This document shows, piece after piece, positions 10,364-19,834 of a stretch of DNA of 64,000 nucleotides. Every line of letters begins with the position of its first letter. Within the stretch, counting starts at the first letter, position 1. This stretch comes from Pseudomonadota bacterium (GTDB taxonomy: Bacteria > Myxococcota > JACRCW01 > JAFGSX01): positions 1-64,000 of the forward strand of contig JBDRCO010000023.1 in the NCBI GenBank assembly GCA_043821645.1, written 5' to 3'. A program made the position numbers and the translations under genes. The notes beneath the pieces are model-generated. The model was given only the letters and a program-made list of their open reading frames with translations, ran no database searches and was not told where the DNA came from.

Positions 10364-11293
10364 ATGAGTGACGACGACAAGACGGGAGTGGCATCCCAGG
10401 CATCCCCGGCCAGCGTTGCGCCGGCGACCTCCCCGAACACGGCACCACCCGCCGCGTCCGTGTCCACCCCGGGTACCGCTGCGCAACCCGCCGCGGTCAT
10501 CGATCCCACCCTCAAGCTGCAGATCGAGGATCTGCATGTCACCTACATCGGTCGCGAAGGCAGCCGCGTCGAGGCTCTGTGTGGCGTCGACTTCGACATC
10601 CGGGACAAGCCTGGCGTCGGCGAGATCGTGGTGCTGCTGGGCCCCTCGGGGTGTGGCAAGTCCACGGTGCTCAAGTGCGTGGCGGGGTTGCTGTATCCGA
10701 CCCAGGGTCAGGTGCTGGTCTCGGGCAAGGCAGTCGACGGTCCGGGTCGCGACCGCGGCATGGTGTTTCAGCAGTACACCTCCTTCGACTGGCTCACGGT
10801 GCGCCAGAACGTCGAGTACGGTCTCAAGCTGGCCGGCGTCCCCTCGGCGGAGCGGCACACGCTGAGCGACCACTACCTGAAGCTGGTTGGCCTGGACGAG
10901 TTTGGAGGCGCGTATCCCAAGGAACTGTCGGGCGGCATGAAGCAGCGCGTGGCCATCGCACGCACACTCATCAACAAGCCGCGGCTGGTGTTGATGGACG
11001 AACCCTTTGGCGCCCTCGACCCGCAGACGCGGTGGGAGATGCAGACGCTGCTGCTGGAGATCTCGCGCACCGAAGACAACACCATCCTGCTGGTGACCCA
11101 CGACGTGAGCGAGGCGGTGTATCTGGCGGACACCTGCTACGTGCTGTCGCCTCGCCCTGCGCGCATCCTGCACCGCGTCGATGTGCCGGTGTTCGCGGAT
11201 CGCTCAGCCGCCGTCAAGGCCTCGACCGAGTTCCGCGCCATCGAGAAGACCCTGCTCGACATGCTCTACGCGCAGCCCGGAGGCACCGCGTGA
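10364..11293 (+). CDS. ABC transporter ATP-binding protein (SsuB/TauB type)
   Basis: GPSGCGKST, LSGGMKQR, LMDEPFGALD, VTHD. Confidence 0.95.
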   Translation: MSDDDKTGVASQASPASVAPATSPNTAPPAASVSTPGTAAQPAAVIDPTLKLQIEDLHVTYIGREGSRVEALCGVDFDIRDKPGVGEIVVLLGPSGCGKSTVLKCVAGLLYPTQGQVLVSGKAVDGPGRDRGMVFQQYTSFDWLTVRQNVEYGLKLAGVPSAERHTLSDHYLKLVGLDEFGGAYPKELSGGMKQRVAIARTLINKPRLVLMDEPFGALDPQTRWEMQTLLLEISRTEDNTILLVTHDVSEAVYLADTCYVLSPRPARILHRVDVPVFADRSAAVKASTEFRAIEKTLLDMLYAQPGGTA

Positions 11294-12084
11294 GCGACAA
11301 GCTTGTTCTCTACAAACCTCGCTCCACTGGCGCCTACGTCAAGGCGCTGTTCCACAATGTGTACAACTACTCGCTGCTGGGCGGGGTGGCCACGGCCGCT
11401 GCGCTCACGGGGCAGTGGTGGCTCCTCGCCATGGGCGCCGGCGCCGAGGCCCTGTACATGCTGTGGGCGCCCTCGTCCAAGTTCGTGCGGGGCAAGGTCG
11501 ATGGCATGTTCGCCGCGGAAGACCAGAAAGAAGCTGCCGCGCATCGGGAGAAGATCCTCGAGCTCCTGTCGTCGCGCGACCGCAATCGAGCCAGCGCGCT
11601 CATCGACAAGGAAGCCGAGATCCGCGAGCTCGCCGAGAACAACAAGTCCCTCGAGCGCAGCCTGCTGGATCGGGAGCTGCAAAAACTTGGTCAGCTGGTC
11701 AACGATTTCGTGAGCCTATGCGAAGCCTCGAGCCGACTGCGGGCCTACCTCGACAACCAGGACAAGGGCGAGCTCGAACGCAAGATGCGGCACTGGGAGG
11801 CGGTGCTCGAGGGTGACAAGCGCAGCGAGCGCGAGCTGGCCCGGCGCAACCTCGACGTGCTCAAGCGCCGCATGGAGCGCCTGCGCGACATCCAGACCTT
11901 CGTCGAGCGGGCGGTCGGTGAGATGAGCCTGATCGAGAACTCCTTCGGCTTGCTATCGGACCAGATCGTGTCCATGCAGAGCGCGGGGGAGTTCGCGGGT
12001 CAGCTCGACGATCTGCTGGACGGCGTGGATGCCGTGCGCAGCGCTGCGGGTGTCGCCGAGCGGCTGAGCCAGGAGGTGCTGTGA
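11290..12084 (+). CDS. membrane-anchored coiled-coil hypothetical protein
   Basis: GTG start overlapping the ABC ATPase stop (GTGA); N-terminal hydrophobic hairpin then a long charged coiled coil. Confidence 0.8.
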   Translation: MSDKLVLYKPRSTGAYVKALFHNVYNYSLLGGVATAAALTGQWWLLAMGAGAEALYMLWAPSSKFVRGKVDGMFAAEDQKEAAAHREKILELLSSRDRNRASALIDKEAEIRELAENNKSLERSLLDRELQKLGQLVNDFVSLCEASSRLRAYLDNQDKGELERKMRHWEAVLEGDKRSERELARRNLDVLKRRMERLRDIQTFVERAVGEMSLIENSFGLLSDQIVSMQSAGEFAGQLDDLLDGVDAVRSAAGVAERLSQEVL

Positions 12085-13907
12085 CGACGTCCCCTGCGAA
12101 TCTTCCTGGCTGGGCCGAGGAGTTGCGTCGGCGCTACCTGCGCGGCGAGGCCTTCATGTTCGCGCTGCACGGCAACGTGCACGACCTCGTGCTGCACGAG
12201 GGCAAGCCCATGATGGTCGACGAGCTGCTGTGCAAGGTCCTGCTGGCGGCGACCCGCGACACCATCGCGCTGTACAACACCGCCGCGGGTGTGCGCTTTG
12301 CCAAGCGTCGCGACACGCTGGCGGACCTCGATGAGATGCTGCTGCAGCGGAGTCGCGAACGCGTGTTGCCTGCCCTCGAGAGAATGTTGCTGGTCGAGGA
12401 CAAGGCTGCGGTGGTGCTCGAGTACGCCGAGACCCTGGCACCCGCGGGCGACATCGCCCTGTACAGCGAGGGCGACCGCGCCAGCCTGATCACCCTGCAC
12501 CGCTGGTCCTGCATGCCCGCCCTCGAGAAGGGCGACAACATCATCGTGCTGATCGCCGAGAACCTGAGCGAACTGCACCCGCGCCTGGTGCACAACCCGC
12601 GCATCGCGACCCTGCGCGTGCCCCTGCCCGACGAGGACGCGCGCCGCGCCCTGATCCAGCACCTGGCTCCGGACCTCGACAGCAAGGCGGTCGAGCGCCT
12701 GACCGAGATCACGGCCGGGCTCAAATCCGTGCACATCCGCAACGTGCTCAGGCCCAGCGAGGCCGAGGACGACGTGGACGAGCGTCGTCGCTACATCGCG
12801 AGCCTCCTTGGCGCCTCCGCCGCGGCCGAGCGCGTCGACGGGCTGGCCCGCATCACCAAGGGCATGTCCCGGGAGGAAGTCCGCACCCTGGTCGCGCCGG
12901 ATCGTCCACAACCCCCCGGTGGCGTCGACGCCCTGGACGAGATCGTGCGCATCGTGCTCCGCCACAAGCGCGAGATCATCGAGCGTGAGTGTGCAGGTCT
13001 GCTGCACTTCATCGAGCCCAAGCATGACTTCCGGGCCGTGGGCGGCATGGACGAGGTCAAGCGCGAGCTGGGCCGGGTGGCTGCGGATATTCGCGGTGGC
13101 GAGGTGAGCCGGGTCCCCATGGGCTTCCTGTTCGTGGGACCCATGGGCACGGGCAAGACCTTCGTGGCCGAGGCCTTTGCCAAGGAGAGCGGGCTCACCG
13201 CGGTCAAGTTCGGCAGCTTTCGCAGCAAGTGGGTCGGCGCCACCGAGAGCAATCTCGAGCGTATCCTCGACGTGCTCCCGGCCATGGGCCAGGTACTGGT
13301 GGTCATCGACGAGGTGGATCGCGCCCTGGCAGGTAACGCCGGCAGTGGCGACGGTGGCACCGAGAGCCGGGTCATCGCACGGCTCAAGGAGTTCATGTCG
13401 GACACCCGCAACCGCGGCCGCATCCTGTTCGTGCTCATGACCAACAGACCCGACCTGCTCGACGTGGATATCAAGCGAACAGGTCGCCTGGATCGAAAGA
13501 TCCCTTTCTTCTACCCGCAGACCCCCGAGGAGGTGGAGCCGGTGCTGGCCGCCCTGCTCCGACGCCACAAGCTGGGGCTGAACGTGGACCTGACCACGGT
13601 GCGCGAGCGGGTCAGCACGCCGCTGGTGGGCTACTCCAACGCCGACATCGAAGGTGTGGTGATGCTGGCTGCGTCCATCGCCGACCGCGACGGCCGCCGC
13701 GACGCCGTCGCCATCGCCGATCTGCAGGCCGCGGTCCTGGACTACCTCCCGTCGAGGGACATCACGATGCTCGAGTACATGGAGTTGCTGGCGGTGTTCG
13801 AGGCCAGCAACAAGAGCATGCTCCCCGCGCGCTATGCGGAACTGTCGTCCGAGGAACTCAATGAACGCCTGCAGCTGGCGCGCGCCAGGGTGGGCTCACG
13901 GCGTTAG
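12081..13907 (+). CDS. AAA+ ATPase, classic clade (CDC48/Ycf46-like; degenerate first and intact second AAA module)
   Basis: [13 protein letters not shown] pore loop, [22 protein letters not shown]-terminal degenerate module (LHGNVHD, VVLEYAE). Confidence 0.9.
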   Translation: MTTSPANLPGWAEELRRRYLRGEAFMFALHGNVHDLVLHEGKPMMVDELLCKVLLAATRDTIALYNTAAGVRFAKRRDTLADLDEMLLQRSRERVLPALERMLLVEDKAAVVLEYAETLAPAGDIALYSEGDRASLITLHRWSCMPALEKGDNIIVLIAENLSELHPRLVHNPRIATLRVPLPDEDARRALIQHLAPDLDSKAVERLTEITAGLKSVHIRNVLRPSEAEDDVDERRRYIASLLGASAAAERVDGLARITKGMSREEVRTLVAPDRPQPPGGVDALDEIVRIVLRHKREIIERECAGLLHFIEPKHDFRAVGGMDEVKRELGRVAADIRGGEVSRVPMGFLFVGPMGTGKTFVAEAFAKESGLTAVKFGSFRSKWVGATESNLERILDVLPAMGQVLVVIDEVDRALAGNAGSGDGGTESRVIARLKEFMSDTRNRGRILFVLMTNRPDLLDVDIKRTGRLDRKIPFFYPQTPEEVEPVLAALLRRHKLGLNVDLTTVRERVSTPLVGYSNADIEGVVMLAASIADRDGRRDAVAIADLQAAVLDYLPSRDITMLEYMELLAVFEASNKSMLPARYAELSSEELNERLQLARARVGSRR

Positions 13908-13926
13908 TTTTTCACTGGAGGCACCA

Positions 13927-14382
13927 ATGCTGGACATGACACAGGGTATCGAGCTGAGTCAGGAACAGGCGGCACTCTTCGCGCGCGGGCTGTTCGCGCT
14001 GTCGCGGGTCGACGGGCACGAGGAGCGAGAAGGCATGCTGATCAAGTCCTTCTGGATGGACGTGACAGGCGAGGCCGACGTCAACGGACTCAAGCAGCTC
14101 GAGGCATCCCCCGACATCGACATCAAACAACTCGCCGCGGGTCTGTCGAGCCCCGGGGCCCGCGAGCTGTTCATGCGCACCGCCATTTTGCTCGCCTATG
14201 CCGATGGGAGTGTGAGCGCGCTCGAGCGAAAGTGGCTGGAGACGGCGGGACAGGCCATGGGCTTCGAGGTGGCAGATCTCACCCGGCTGGATGAGCTGAC
14301 CCGCACCACGCTGCTTGGACAGCTCAGCCACCTGGCCAATACCGATGCCGCGGCCCAGGTCGCCCGCAAGCTGGGGTTCTGA
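13927..14382 (+). CDS. TerB-like protein
   Basis: Duplicated motif LSRVDG-HEERE and LAYADGSVSALERKWL; GGAGG RBS. Confidence 0.8.
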   Translation: MLDMTQGIELSQEQAALFARGLFALSRVDGHEEREGMLIKSFWMDVTGEADVNGLKQLEASPDIDIKQLAAGLSSPGARELFMRTAILLAYADGSVSALERKWLETAGQAMGFEVADLTRLDELTRTTLLGQLSHLANTDAAAQVARKLGF

Positions 14383-14384
14383 CC

Positions 14385-15035
14385 ATGAGTGACGAGAAGA
14401 GCCTGGGCAAGGCCCTGCTGGGACTGTTCGTCACCGAGGACGAGGAACAGCCCAAGGGCGCCGCCGCCGACGTGACCAGCGTGGACGATCTGCTCAAGCG
14501 CTATGGCGCCGATGGTGGCGAGCCCGAGGTCGCTGCATCGCGCACGAGATCGAGCAGCGCGGGAACTGCCCCGGCAGCGGTGCCCCTGGGGGCCCCCATC
14601 CCGCTCCAGGGTGGTGCGCTGCCCCTGGACCGCATCTTCGAGGCCGCCGGTATCCCGAGCGAGGCCCAGAGCCAGGTTCAGAAGGCGCAGGAGTTGCTCA
14701 AGGGTTTGCCCGTGGACACCCCGCTCGCGGTGAAGAAGCAGATCGTCGAGACGGCGCTGCGCGCGTTCGGCTTCCCCCTCGCCGAACTCGTCGACACGGC
14801 GCGCCAGGAGCAGAAGGCGCTCGACGATTTCCTGGCCATCCAGGGCGGCGACACCCAGCAGCAGAATGACGCGGACCGAGCGCGCATCGAGGCCCTCAAG
14901 GCCGAGGCCGCCGCCCTCGAGCAAGCGATCCAGGATCGCCTGGGTGAGCAGACCCAGGCCAGCGCACAGGTCACCGCAGCCAAGGCCACCATCGACGAGG
15001 TGCTCGGCTTCTTCGGACCAGGTGTGCCAGGCTGA
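14385..15035 (+). CDS. coiled-coil hypothetical protein with amphipathic termini
   Basis: 2 nt after the TerB-like stop; SLGKALLGLFV N-terminus, C-terminal coiled coil ending IDEVLGFFG. Confidence 0.75.
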   Translation: MSDEKSLGKALLGLFVTEDEEQPKGAAADVTSVDDLLKRYGADGGEPEVAASRTRSSSAGTAPAAVPLGAPIPLQGGALPLDRIFEAAGIPSEAQSQVQKAQELLKGLPVDTPLAVKKQIVETALRAFGFPLAELVDTARQEQKALDDFLAIQGGDTQQQNDADRARIEALKAEAAALEQAIQDRLGEQTQASAQVTAAKATIDEVLGFFGPGVPG

Positions 15036-15258
15036 GCGCGAGTCCTCCTCGCCCCGGACCCCTTCCGACACAGCGCGCTGTATCCCCTGTGCATCATAGG
15101 TAGATCGTCACCTGGGCGAGGCGCGTCCCCTGCACCTGCCGCCTGCAGCACGCAGCGACGATGCGCGAAGGCATCACAGCTTTCCGCAGTGACCCCGCTC
15201 ACAGTGAAAATTTGGCGCCAGATCAAGATGTTGTGCGCTGCGCTCGCGGTCGTTGTGG

Positions 15259-15274
15259 TGGCGCGCGACCTGCA
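15259..15274 (+). promoter_or_regulatory. putative sigma54 (-24/-12) promoter
   Basis: TGGCGCGCGACCTGCA: GG-N10-GC spacing exact, about 40 nt upstream of ATG 15313. Confidence 0.55.
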
Positions 15275-15312
15275 TATCTTATCGGATGAACAACGCCACA
15301 GAGAGGTCCAGC

Positions 15313-17691
15313 ATGGTCGCCCTCAGCACACAAGCAGCGCAGCGTCTCCGCCAGGCCGGTCTGGAGCCCTCGGGCTTGACCCAGGAAGGACTGCGCCAGC
15401 TCGACGCCAACCAGGATGGCCAGGTTGACGAAACAGAGGTCGGCGTTGCACTGCGCGTCGTCGATCGCGATCACAACGGCGTCCTGGATCAGGGCGAGCA
15501 GGACAGCTTCTCCAGCCTCGTCGAGGGTCCAGGGAGCGAGGCCGCGCGCCGAGCGCTGCTGGGCCAGCACGTGCCGTACCACACGGAGCAGGAGCTGCAG
15601 CGCCTCGACAGCGCGCAGCGTCAGGCCGGCAGCGCCCTGGACCGCGCCGGTTACGCGCTCGAGGCCGCCGAGCGCGACGCAAGCTGGGGCCAGGAGCAGA
15701 CCCGGCGCGAGCTCAGGGGCGATCCCGAGCCCAGTGCTCCGCTCGAGGAGCTGCGGCGGCAGCGGGCTCAGCTCGGGGATCCCGCGGCGCGCGCGCGCGA
15801 GCTCGACGAGGCACACGCCACCCTCGCCCAGGGGAACAAGCAGCTGCCCGAGCTGGACCAGCGCATCACGGCGCTCAATCAGAGACTGAAGCACTTCCCC
15901 AGGAACCTCGACGACCAGGTCGGGACGCTGCGCGACCACCTGGCGACCCACGACAGGCTGGCCGCCCTGATGCCGGACCGGCCCAGCCGGACCCAGCGCC
16001 TCGCCGACCTCACAGCGCAGGGCAAAGTCCTCGACACCGAGCTGACGCAACTGCATCGGCAGCGCCGGAGCCCCGAGCGCGACGCCAGGGTGCAGACCCT
16101 GCTCGCCGAGAAGAAGGCGTTGAGCACGGAGCGGCAGCTGGCGAACCAGTTCAGCCCTGGTCTCGCCACGCAGTCGCGCCGCTTTCACGCCGACAACCTG
16201 GCCAGCGCCGAGAAGCGGCAGGCGGTACGCAACACGCTGCGCGACGAGCGCGGCGCCCTGGCCGAGACCCGGCAGCGGACCCAGGAGCGGATGCAGCACG
16301 CCACCGGGATCGTCGAGCACAACCCTCAGGACATCGCCGCTGCCGCCCGGCTGGACCGCCAGATCCACGCGGTCGAGGTGCGCCAGGATCTCGCCCGGCG
16401 CGTCGCCCAGGCGCAGAGCGGCGTGCGCGCTGCCAGCCAGCACAGCACCGAGCTCGCGAGAGAGAGAGCGGCGGCACAGCGCCTCGACAAGCTAGCACGG
16501 CTGCGCGAGACCCAGGCTGCGAGCGCCGTCGGCAGGCTCGAGCGGACCCGCAGCCTGACCCGGCAGCTCGAGGCCGAGCAGCAACGCCTCGCCAGCAACC
16601 CCACGGCGCGCGCCGCGGCCGAGCGCCTGGTCAAGGCCCAGAACGTCAAGCGCCTGGCCGAGCAGGGCGCACTCCAGGCCAGCAAGGTGGACCTGGGCAA
16701 GGTCGACGCCGACATCCGGGCAGCCGAGGCGACCTTGCAGCGTCTGCAGCGCCCGGTCGAGTTCGCCGCGGCCGAGCTGGGGCGGCAGCTCGAGGATACC
16801 GAGGTGCAGGCGACGCTGGAGCAGCTTCCCACCGCCGAGCGCGACGCCATCGAGCACGCCGCCCACAAGGCCCTGGCGCAGACCAACGAGGGCACGAAAT
16901 TCTTCGACGCCCACATCGCGCCCGCGCTCGAGGGCAAGGGCAAGGGCTACTTTCAGCGGTTGTTCACAGGCAGCAACAAGACCGCCAACCTGTCGCTGCA
17001 GGCGATGGAGCTGTGGTCGAGTCGCATCGCACTCAAGGGCGGTGTCGAGGCCTACAACCTGCTCCGGGGTGGCCTGTCGCAGGCGCTGGCGCTGCGACCG
17101 CAGGACATCCCCGTGGTGGAGCAGGCGCTGGGCATCCTGTCCAGCAAGGGGGAGAAGGCAGCCCGGACCTTCCTGGCAAGGCAGGCGCCCGAGCTGCGGA
17201 AGGTCGCCGATGTCCTCGACCGGACCGCAACCTGCTTCGGCTCCGTCGCCGGCGCGATCGCCGCGGTGGACCTGGTGCAGAACCCCGACCTGCGCAACGC
17301 CCTGGCCGCGGCCAGTGGCAGCAAGGACATCGCCGGCGTCCTGAGCACGCTCAAGGTTCCGGGCACCGCAGCCTACCTCAAGGTGATCGGCAAGGTGGCG
17401 CGCCCGCTGGACGCGATCGTGGGTGGTCTGGATGCGTACTCGGCGTGGAAGCGCGAGGACGTGGGCGGCGTCATCGGCAACGGCATGACCTGCGCCGGAG
17501 GAGCGCTGGCCACAGCTGGCGCCATCTGCTCGTCGAGCATCGTCGGCTCGCCCGTGGGCGTGCCCCTGATGCTCGTCGGCGGGGCGGTCAGTGGCGCCGG
17601 GATGCTGCTCGACTGGATCTTCGGCGACTCGGCCGAGGAGAAGCAGTCCGCGACCTGGTTGCAGAAGCACGCTCCCGAGTACCTCGACTGA
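15313..17691 (+). CDS. EF-hand + long coiled-coil + C-terminal Gly-rich hydrophobic segment protein (effector/toxin-like)
   Basis: DANQDGQVDETE and DRDHNGVLDQGE loops; ~450 aa heptad-rich region; GSPVGVPLMLVGGAVSGAGMLLDWIFG; GAGAGG RBS. Confidence 0.75.
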   Translation: MVALSTQAAQRLRQAGLEPSGLTQEGLRQLDANQDGQVDETEVGVALRVVDRDHNGVLDQGEQDSFSSLVEGPGSEAARRALLGQHVPYHTEQELQRLDSAQRQAGSALDRAGYALEAAERDASWGQEQTRRELRGDPEPSAPLEELRRQRAQLGDPAARARELDEAHATLAQGNKQLPELDQRITALNQRLKHFPRNLDDQVGTLRDHLATHDRLAALMPDRPSRTQRLADLTAQGKVLDTELTQLHRQRRSPERDARVQTLLAEKKALSTERQLANQFSPGLATQSRRFHADNLASAEKRQAVRNTLRDERGALAETRQRTQERMQHATGIVEHNPQDIAAAARLDRQIHAVEVRQDLARRVAQAQSGVRAASQHSTELARERAAAQRLDKLARLRETQAASAVGRLERTRSLTRQLEAEQQRLASNPTARAAAERLVKAQNVKRLAEQGALQASKVDLGKVDADIRAAEATLQRLQRPVEFAAAELGRQLEDTEVQATLEQLPTAERDAIEHAAHKALAQTNEGTKFFDAHIAPALEGKGKGYFQRLFTGSNKTANLSLQAMELWSSRIALKGGVEAYNLLRGGLSQALALRPQDIPVVEQALGILSSKGEKAARTFLARQAPELRKVADVLDRTATCFGSVAGAIAAVDLVQNPDLRNALAAASGSKDIAGVLSTLKVPGTAAYLKVIGKVARPLDAIVGGLDAYSAWKREDVGGVIGNGMTCAGGALATAGAICSSSIVGSPVGVPLMLVGGAVSGAGMLLDWIFGDSAEEKQSATWLQKHAPEYLD

Positions 17692-17805
17692 GGCCTGCAC
17701 GCGTCGGGCAGCCGGGCAACGAGGCAGGGGCGCGGGCGCCAGCATGAGAGATGCAGCGCTTTCGGGCTTAGCTTCGGCGAGGTCCTGGGGTTCCTGGGCG
17801 GAGTA

Positions 17806-18804
17806 TCAGTCCGACGCCGTCACGAAGACCTGGCTGCCGTCACGCGTGGGCGCGGCATTGTCGAGCACATCTTGACCGCCGAGCACACTGTGGCGGAAGT
17901 CGCCAAAGGCCTGCTGTCCGACGACGAGAGCGCGCAGGGTGATCTCGAATTCCTGGCTGTCATAGAGCGGGTGGTAGTGCCCGATCTTCATCATCAGGAT
18001 GTTGTGCGCCTGCGGGTAGGGCATGCGGCCATAGCGCGCGGGGAGCACGAAGGGATCGAGCCAGTTGTACAGCGAGGTGTATTCCACGCCCGCGGGGAGT
18101 TCGAGGGAGTTGAGGTGATCCAGGAACCTGGATCCCGGCAAGAGCTGCAGACCGCTCTCGCCCACGATGTGAGGCACCCGTGGCAGCGCCGACAGGGCGA
18201 GGGTTCCGGCGCGATGCATGTAGCCGAACAGCCCGCTCCAGGTGCCACGGTGCGGCACGGTCAGGAACACGCAGCGCTTGAGCTTGGGGACTCCCAGCTC
18301 CTGCACCATGGTGCGCGCCACGATACCGCCCTGGCTGTGACCGACGATGTACACCTCCTCGACCTCGGTCTCGGCGAGGACGCGCTCGATCACCCGGTGC
18401 TCGTACTCGGCCGAGATGCGGATGTCCTGGGAGTAGGGCTGGTAGCCCCCCGCAACGGGAAAGAGATCGAACAGTGGAGAGTCGAGCAGGCGCTCGAAGC
18501 GCTCGAAGCTGGGTCGCCCCTGCAGGTAGCCGTGGTACAGGAACACCGCCTTCTTCTGGCCACGGTACGCGCCCAGTCGCTGGTCCAGGTAGTCCTGGCC
18601 GAAGTAGAAGTTCTCAGCCACGCGCACGGCGTGGTCGAGGCTGTTCTTGGCGATGTTGTACGCCTCGGTGATGAGCGACAGGCTCATGCGGATCTTGCTC
18701 AGGGCCTCGCGATCGCGAAGGGCCTGCTCGACCACCACCCGAGCACGCGGCACGCGCTGGTTCACGTTCTTGCGCAGGGCATCCAGACTGACCACGCCAA
18801 CCAT
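17806..18804 (-). CDS. alpha/beta-hydrolase (lipase-like)
   Basis: FLYHGYL oxyanion motif, VGHSQGG nucleophile, PHRGT, candidate Asp (DPFV) and His (GHYH); start uncertain (18804 or 18837). Confidence 0.85.
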   Translation of the reverse strand: MVGVVSLDALRKNVNQRVPRARVVVEQALRDREALSKIRMSLSLITEAYNIAKNSLDHAVRVAENFYFGQDYLDQRLGAYRGQKKAVFLYHGYLQGRPSFERFERLLDSPLFDLFPVAGGYQPYSQDIRISAEYEHRVIERVLAETEVEEVYIVGHSQGGIVARTMVQELGVPKLKRCVFLTVPHRGTWSGLFGYMHRAGTLALSALPRVPHIVGESGLQLLPGSRFLDHLNSLELPAGVEYTSLYNWLDPFVLPARYGRMPYPQAHNILMMKIGHYHPLYDSQEFEITLRALVVGQQAFGDFRHSVLGGQDVLDNAAPTRDGSQVFVTASD

Positions 18805-18916
18805 GTGAGCCCCTGCACCCCCGGGTCCGCGGCCCATCCTATCACCTCGACGCAGCGCATCAATTGTAGGTCCAGGAGAAATCCACTAGCCTGGCGCCCA
18901 GCACGGTGAGGTCAAC

Positions 18917-19777
18917 ATGACGAGTGAGCGCACGCAGATCTTCCTGAGCGCGGCAGAACGGGCGGCGGGCACCGTGGTCGAGGTCGAGCACGGCGACGAG
19001 CCCGTGCTGGTCGAGGTGCCCGCAGGCACCAAGAAAGGTGCCGTGCTCAGGGTCAAGCGGGGTGATCGCGTGCTCGAGGTCGAGGTGGCGGAACTGGAAT
19101 GGGGTCTCGACGGCGGTGCGCGCCTGGACCTGGCCCCACGCCAGGGCTCGGTGCAGGCCGAGCGCCGCTTCTGGGAGCGCGCCACCGAGGAGATCGTCGA
19201 GAGCCACCGCAGCAAGCACGAGTTCGCAGGCTCGGTCTACGTCGAGCAACGCGGGGACGCCCTGGTGCTCACCGGCCTGCATCGAAACGCCGTGGGAGAC
19301 CCCGGGCGCGTCCAGCTGGATCCGGCATGGGGCTCGCTGCTGTGGCATACACGGCCGGCCGTCCTCTCGGCCACCACCGCCTTCTCTGACCTCGATGCCG
19401 AGCTGGCGAAGAAGTCCGGACGACCCGTGGTCACCCTGTGCCACACGGCCCTGTCGCCCTCGGCGGCAGCCGCCCTGGTGTTCCCGGTCGGCGTGCGCAC
19501 CTTGATGCTGGCGGCCGGGCTCAAGGGACTGCTGGCCATCGACCAGAAGCGCAAGGGCTCACCCATGCTCCTCGGTCGCGCGGTGGCCGCTCGCGTCATC
19601 TACCCCGACGGTGGCGTGGCTCCGGTGGAGCATGCGGGAGCCAGCCTGCCCCGCGAGGTCTTCGACCGCGCCGCCTTTGCCGTGGACAAGACCCTGGGCA
19701 AGGCCGAGGGCCGGGCGCGCCGATTCTTGCGCGACGTCATCGAGACCACCCTCACCGGAAAACCACCGGGCGCTTGA
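18917..19777 (+). CDS. hypothetical protein
   Basis: Long ORF with typical codon bias and GAGG RBS; no recognised motif. Confidence 0.7.
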   Translation: MTSERTQIFLSAAERAAGTVVEVEHGDEPVLVEVPAGTKKGAVLRVKRGDRVLEVEVAELEWGLDGGARLDLAPRQGSVQAERRFWERATEEIVESHRSKHEFAGSVYVEQRGDALVLTGLHRNAVGDPGRVQLDPAWGSLLWHTRPAVLSATTAFSDLDAELAKKSGRPVVTLCHTALSPSAAAALVFPVGVRTLMLAAGLKGLLAIDQKRKGSPMLLGRAVAARVIYPDGGVAPVEHAGASLPREVFDRAAFAVDKTLGKAEGRARRFLRDVIETTLTGKPPGA

Positions 19778-19834
19778 CGCTGAGGCCCGGCGCTGTTAGC
19801 TCATCTGCCCCACGAACCGAGCACGAGGCATGTC

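Noticed and set aside
7833-11293. Ordinary sulfonate/taurine importer (ssuABC/tauABC), or T6SS TagL/MotB
   Set aside because: The OmpA fusion, PspA/AAA context and absence of catabolic, T6SS or motA genes argue against these names
12081-13907. True Vps4 orthologue
   Set aside because: No MIT domain recognised, and the RTGRLD arginine-finger region is CDC48/FtsH-like
17806-18804. Lipase as immunity or partner gene of the EF-hand toxin-like protein
   Set aside because: Convergent orientation and an ordinary alpha/beta-hydrolase sequence give no evidence of linkage
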